Below, piece after piece: positions 59,727 through 64,000 of a DNA stretch of 64,000 nt. The stretch lies in NCBI GenBank assembly GCA_050253075.1, contig JBFWJS010000001.1:160001-224000 (forward strand), read 5' to 3'. Source of the stretch: Deferribacterales bacterium (lineage in GTDB: Bacteria > Chrysiogenota > Deferribacteres > Deferribacterales > Geovibrionaceae). Under the pieces are notes generated by a model. It was not told the DNA's origin and did no database searches. It was given only the letters and a program-made list of their open reading frames with translations. Position numbers and translations under genes: made by a program. How positions within the stretch are numbered: the stretch's first letter is position 1; the number at the start of each line of letters is the position of its first letter.

Positions 59727-60914
59727 TTACCTGTCAATCTCACCGAGTACAACGTCGTTTGTACCGATGATAGCAACAAGGTCAGCCAGCATGTGGCCTT
59801 TAGCCATTTTGTTGAGAACGCCAAGGTTTACGAATGAGGGGGATCTGATCTTCATTCTGTAAGGTCTTTCTTCCCCTTCACTGATCAGGTAGAATCCAAG
59901 CTCACCTTTTGTAGCTTCGATACCCTGGTATGTCTCACCTTTAGGTGGACGGAAACCTTTGGAAACTATGTAGAATCTTCTGATAAGAGATTCCATGCGC
60001 TCGTAAACATCTTCGTGTGAAGGCATAGCGACACGAGGGTCTTCTGTCATCACGCCGCCTTCAGCAGGTATCTGCTCAAGAGCTTGTCTGATGATGCTGT
60101 TAGATACGCGCATCTCTTTCATTCTGACTTTATATCTAGCGTATGTATCGCCTTCCTGCTCAACAGGTACTTCCCATTCGAATCTATCATAGATTCCGTA
60201 TGGCTCGTCTCTTCTGAGGTCGAAGTCCACGCCGGAGCCTCTCATGATAGGTCCTGATGTACCGTAAGCCATAGCCTCTTCACCTGTGAGGTTACCGATG
60301 CCGATGGTACGTCCCATCCAGATTCTGTTTGTAGTAAGAAGGTTCTCATATGTATCAACACATGTTTCAAATCTGCTGACGAAGTCCGCAAGTTCTGTGT
60401 AGAAATCTTCCGGCATATCTTCTCTGACACCGCCGATTCTCATCCATGAAGATGTCATACGCTGACCTGTTCCCTTCTCGAAAAGATCGAGGAGTTCTTC
60501 ACGCTCACGGAAAGCATAAAGGAAAACAGTCATAGCACCAATATCGAGTGCGTGTGTAGCAATCCAAACTAAGTGGGAAACCAGTCTAGACATCTCTGCG
60601 AGGATAACACGGAGGTACTCCGCTCTCTCTGGGATTTTAACGTCAAAGAATCTTTCAACAGCGAGACAATATCCAAGGTTATTAGAAAGAGGTGATAAGT
60701 AGTCGAGTCTATCTGTCAGTGGAATAGTCTGGTGATAAGTTCTGTTCTCAGCCAGTTTTTCAGTTCCTCTGTGCAGAAAGCCTACGTCAGGGTCAACATT
60801 GACGATTGTTTCACCGTCAAGGTCTACAACAAGTCGCAAAACACCGTGTGTACTGGGGTGCTGAGGCCCCATGTTTACGGTTAATACTTCTGATACGTTT
60901 TCCATTCTACTCAT
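59727..60914 (-). CDS. nuoD: NADH-quinone oxidoreductase subunit D
   Basis: NMGPQHPSTHGVLR, GFLHRGTEK, RLDYL, GEIDR; no NiFe CxxC ligands; start at ATG 60914. Confidence 0.96.
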   Translation of the reverse strand: MSRMENVSEVLTVNMGPQHPSTHGVLRLVVDLDGETIVNVDPDVGFLHRGTEKLAENRTYHQTIPLTDRLDYLSPLSNNLGYCLAVERFFDVKIPERAEYLRVILAEMSRLVSHLVWIATHALDIGAMTVFLYAFREREELLDLFEKGTGQRMTSSWMRIGGVREDMPEDFYTELADFVSRFETCVDTYENLLTTNRIWMGRTIGIGNLTGEEAMAYGTSGPIMRGSGVDFDLRRDEPYGIYDRFEWEVPVEQEGDTYARYKVRMKEMRVSNSIIRQALEQIPAEGGVMTEDPRVAMPSHEDVYERMESLIRRFYIVSKGFRPPKGETYQGIEATKGELGFYLISEGEERPYRMKIRSPSFVNLGVLNKMAKGHMLADLVAIIGTNDVVLGEIDR

Positions 60915-60924
60915 ATTTCCGCCC

Positions 60925-61422
60925 CTACCTTGTAAACTTAAGTCCGAGACCCTGTTCGTCAGCATTGTTGAACCAGGTTCTCTCCTTAAGCGGAAAGTCT
61001 TTTCTGAGAGGGTGTCCTTCAAAGAACTCAGGCAGAAGTATTCTTCTGAGGTCCGGATGTCCTTCGAATATAACACCGACAAGGTCGTATTGTTCTCTTT
61101 CCATCAGGTTAGCACCTATCCAGGTGTCAGTGATGGTCGGGAACTTATTGTCTTCACTTGCAAGCTTCACAAAAACCCTGAGTTTGTTCTCAATAGAGAA
61201 GAGATTGTTTGTTACTTCAAACTTCTCACGTCTCTTAGGCCAGTGAGTCGCAACGACATCGACCATATATTTGAAGGAGTATTCGTCACGAAGAGCTGTA
61301 AGTACCTCTTTGTAATCAGCAACGTCCTTCACTTTGATAAAATTACACTTGAACTCTGTGTAGCAGTTAAGCTTTTCAGGGAACTGTGCAGACAGTTTTT
61401 CAGTAAGCTGTTCGAATGTCAT
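60925..61422 (-). CDS. nuoC: NADH-quinone oxidoreductase subunit C
   Basis: EREQYDLVG..F.GHPDLRRIL, GHPLRKDFP. Confidence 0.96.
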   Translation of the reverse strand: MTFEQLTEKLSAQFPEKLNCYTEFKCNFIKVKDVADYKEVLTALRDEYSFKYMVDVVATHWPKRREKFEVTNNLFSIENKLRVFVKLASEDNKFPTITDTWIGANLMEREQYDLVGVIFEGHPDLRRILLPEFFEGHPLRKDFPLKERTWFNNADEQGLGLKFTR

Positions 61423-61433
61423 AGTATTACTCC

Positions 61434-61910
61434 TTATTTCCTAAGAACTTTTTCAGTCATGATCTTAGACTGAAGAGCTACTATTGCATCTAACAGTGCT
61501 TCTGGTCTTGGAGGACATCCCGGAATATAAAAATCCACAGGAATTACTTCGTCCACACCCTGAACTGTAGAGTATGTGTTATAGATACCGCCTGATGTAG
61601 CACAGCTACCCATAGCGATAACCCACTTTGGCTCCGGCATTTGCAGGTAAACTTTGCGAACGATAGGAGCCATCTTTCTTGTAACCGTACCAGCGACGAT
61701 CATAACGTCGGCCTGTCTCGGTGTAGCACGGAATATGATACCCATTCTGTCGAGGTCATACTTCGCAGCACCGGTAGCCATCATTTCGATCGCGCAGCAG
61801 GCAAGACCAAAGGTCACCGGCCACAAGGATGATTTCCTACAATAGTTGATTACGTTATCAACTGTCGTAGTCAATACATTGTCTGGTAATTTACCGTCAA
61901 TTAAGCCCAT
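61434..61910 (-). CDS. nuoB: NADH-quinone oxidoreductase subunit B
   Basis: [27 protein letters not shown]; start at ATG 61910. Confidence 0.97.
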   Translation of the reverse strand: MGLIDGKLPDNVLTTTVDNVINYCRKSSLWPVTFGLACCAIEMMATGAAKYDLDRMGIIFRATPRQADVMIVAGTVTRKMAPIVRKVYLQMPEPKWVIAMGSCATSGGIYNTYSTVQGVDEVIPVDFYIPGCPPRPEALLDAIVALQSKIMTEKVLRK

Positions 61911-62254
61911 TCTAACGCTCCTTTCTGCCAAGCATAAAAATAGCCGAAGACAAGTATCACGAGAAATAGAATCATCTCGATAAGTCCAAAAAGGCCGATC
62001 ATGTCAAACGCGACGGCCCACGGAAACAGGAACACTGTCTCCACGTCAAAGATCACAAACAGCATAGCGATAATGTAGAATCTAACATTCATACGCTTTC
62101 TGTTCTCGTCGAGTGGCGGCATACCGCACTCATAAACACTAAACTTGATTTTTTCATATTTCTTCGGGCGAATAATAGCACCGGCAAACATTACTATTAT
62201 ACCGAGTGTAGACGCCACTAAAAGAAATAGCACTATAGGCAAATATCCACTCAT
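61901..62254 (-). CDS. nuoA: NADH-quinone oxidoreductase subunit A
   Basis: [27 protein letters not shown]. Confidence 0.97.
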   Translation of the reverse strand: MSGYLPIVLFLLVASTLGIIVMFAGAIIRPKKYEKIKFSVYECGMPPLDENRKRMNVRFYIIAMLFVIFDVETVFLFPWAVAFDMIGLFGLIEMILFLVILVFGYFYAWQKGALEWA

Positions 62255-62264
62255 ACATCACCTC

Positions 62265-62317
62265 TGTATTTTGTATACAGTATGCAGTATCTATCACGAA
62301 CACAGCAAGGGTGTCAA
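62265..62317 (-). promoter_or_regulatory. nuo promoter region with a tandem GTAT operator-like array
   Basis: TTGACA on minus strand at 62312-62317; GTAT at 62266, 62273, 62280, 62287 including TGTATACA. Confidence 0.55.
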
Positions 62318-62405
62318 CAAGAAACATCGTTTTAGGATTAAAACTTTTCCGTTTCTCACACCCTGATTTCACAAAGAATTTAAATAAGCAGACGTTCAAA
62401 AAATA

Positions 62406-63314
62406 CTATAATTTCAGTCTTTTTATAAGTTCCCTCATATCTGATGGTATCGGTGCCTCGAAAGCCACTGATTCCTTTGTGAACGGGTCTGTAAATGATA
62501 GCTTTACTGAATGCAGAGCCTGCCTATTTATAGGCATTTTCAACGACAGCCTGCTGCCATAAACTTCATCCCCCGCCAGCGGATAGCCCGCATTTGACAT
62601 ATGTACTCTTATCTGATGTGTTCGTCCAGTATAAATGCGGATTTCAGCAAGAAAAACAGACGAACCGCGTTTTAGAACACGTATTTCACTTCTGGCATTG
62701 CGTCCGTCTTCACGCACGCACATCTTCTTTCTGTCTTTCTTATGTCTGCCAATCGGCTCGTCTATGAAGAAGTGATCCTCCTTCGGATTGCCCCAGCAGA
62801 CGGCGAGGTATCGTTTATCTATCTCTCTGTCAGCAAAGACCTTTGCAAGAATCTCGCGGGCGCGTCTGTTCTTGGCGATGATCATAAGTCCTGATGTATC
62901 CTTATCCAGACGGTGAACAATCCCCGGTCTGAGATCGTTATCGTCCGTAATATCAAATTCGGCGAGCATTGCGTTCACCACTGTGTCCTCTGCGTGCCCG
63001 GGTGCGGGGTGCACCGTAACGCCTGCAGGCTTGTCTATCACGGCATAGTCGTCACAATCGTATATGATATCTATGTCCATTTTCACCGGTGTAAGCTCGG
63101 GAATTTCCTCTCTCGGAACCTCTATATATATATGGTCGCCGTCCTTCAATTTATACTTTTTCGGTTTTAATACACCGTTCACCTTTACGCATCCGTCCGT
63201 GACGAGGCGCTCCGCAAAAGAGCGGCTGATGTCTGAATTCTCCGCTATAAAAGCATCCAGACGGGGCCCTCCGGTTTCAACATTTAGTTCTATTGTTTTT
63301 TCAATGTTACTCAA
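62406..63314 (-). CDS. rluD: RluA/RluD family 23S rRNA pseudouridine synthase
   Basis: S4 domain RLD; DKPAG..VHP; RPGIVHRLDKDTSG; TGRTHQIRVH; QALH. Confidence 0.93.
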   Translation of the reverse strand: MSNIEKTIELNVETGGPRLDAFIAENSDISRSFAERLVTDGCVKVNGVLKPKKYKLKDGDHIYIEVPREEIPELTPVKMDIDIIYDCDDYAVIDKPAGVTVHPAPGHAEDTVVNAMLAEFDITDDNDLRPGIVHRLDKDTSGLMIIAKNRRAREILAKVFADREIDKRYLAVCWGNPKEDHFFIDEPIGRHKKDRKKMCVREDGRNARSEIRVLKRGSSVFLAEIRIYTGRTHQIRVHMSNAGYPLAGDEVYGSRLSLKMPINRQALHSVKLSFTDPFTKESVAFEAPIPSDMRELIKRLKL

Positions 63315-64000
63315 CTTCTGCTTCTCTTATCATTTTTATACGCTCCGCTGGCGCAGGGTGACTGGAAAGGTATGTAAACACTTTGCCATCTTTCCCCCTC
63401 CCCTCGGTCAGTCGGTCCAGCATATCTGCGAAATGCTTAACAGGAATATCGTGTTTTATCAACATCTTTATGGCGAATTTGTCTGCCTCGCGCTCGAATT
63501 CACGGGAGTATTTGGACTCCACGAGGAACGTCGGTATGCCCACCGTCAGAGAAGACACGTCTCCTGTGACTGCTATCGCCACGGCAGACATGAACGAATG
63601 CTGAAGGAGCGTCCTTATGCCGTGTCTCTGTGCCACATGCCCCAGCTCGTGTGCCATGACAGACACTATCTCTTCGTCGTTCTCCGCAAGGTTTATCAGC
63701 TCATCGGTGAATATGACCGTCCCGTTGGGCAGCGCCATTGCATTTGCGCCTATTCTCCCGCCCGATCTGAAAACCATCCTGTATCCGAAGCCTTTCGGCA
63801 TATCATCGAGCAGCTTGTTAAACCTGCCCATCAGACGCCGTTTGACCTCTTCGCTGAGGGTGCTTTCGGAAAACAAATGCTTATCCAGTGCGCTGAGAGT
63901 GCTGGTGCCCAGCCGGATGTTTGTCTCAACGGGGAGAGCAAATGCAACCCCCTTCGCCAGCATGGGCACACCGTAAAAGAACATCCCGAGCACAAATGCA
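63307..64000 (-). CDS. M48 family zinc metallopeptidase, 5' end outside the window
   Basis: NAMALPNG, AHELGH (HExxH), YSREFEREAD, SSHP...ERI. Confidence 0.92.
   Translation of the reverse strand, partial: AFVLGMFFYGVPMLAKGVAFALPVETNIRLGTSTLSALDKHLFSESTLSEEVKRRLMGRFNKLLDDMPKGFGYRMVFRSGGRIGANAMALPNGTVIFTDELINLAENDEEIVSVMAHELGHVAQRHGIRTLLQHSFMSAVAIAVTGDVSSLTVGIPTFLVESKYSREFEREADKFAIKMLIKHDIPVKHFADMLDRLTEGRGKDGKVFTYLSSHPAPAERIKMIREAEVE

Noticed and set aside
60915..61082. Track extension of nuoD suggesting a NuoCD fusion or frameshift; similar extensions of aroK, nuoB, rplU and obgE
   Set aside because: nuoC has its own stop and nuoD its own ATG and RBS; the extensions overlap upstream genes or UTRs and lack family motifs.
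59727..61910. NuoB/C/D as a group 4 NiFe-hydrogenase
   Set aside because: NuoD lacks the N- and C-terminal CxxC Ni ligands and has the HPSTHG and RLDY quinone-site motifs; NuoB has tandem CC.
62350..62376. Rex or CRP-like box upstream of nuoA (TTGTGAA on the minus strand)
   Set aside because: The second half-site is a direct rather than inverted repeat; no TGTGA..TCACA palindrome.

Overview
A gene-dense, mostly minus-strand housekeeping region of an anaerobic diderm bacterium. Gene content and protein style suggest Deferribacterota (Denitrovibrio/Seleniivibrio/Geovibrio-like); this is inference, not a database result. In order: a partial carbon-nitrogen hydrolase, moaC, an SH3 protein, ychF, a membrane pyrophosphatase, then pth-prs-ispE-lolB-like-TPR and accC-accB-efp-M24 peptidase-aroQ. 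Next come an acidic-repeat TPR protein, aroB-aroK, a class A PBP, rdgB-rph-rlpA-selU-LysR, an STT3/PglB-like protein, pepA, initiator tRNA-Met, an EamA transporter, glgA, mrp, a response regulator and thiS-thiF-comEC. Then dnaE-thiD, transaldolase, a YHS protein, jag-yidC-yidD-rnpA-rpmH, rplU-rpmA-obgE-dciA-like-def, four exported hypotheticals, a ferritin-like gene, a complete 14-gene nuoA-N operon, rluD and a partial M48 peptidase. I see no transposase, integrase, prophage or CRISPR array. Main leads: (1) complex I with a HydABC/Bfu-type, possibly electron-bifurcating NuoEFG module, a trailing degenerate ferritin-like gene and a 7-bp-periodic operator; (2) a dispersed GTC-tagged hairpin repeat family (13 units) with compensatory stem changes; (3) an orphan PglB-like protein with an altered acceptor motif; (4) rnpA, whose conserved N-terminus has no canonical start codon; (5) an Arg-tipped EF-P; (6) a class A PBP with an apparently inactive transglycosylase domain.
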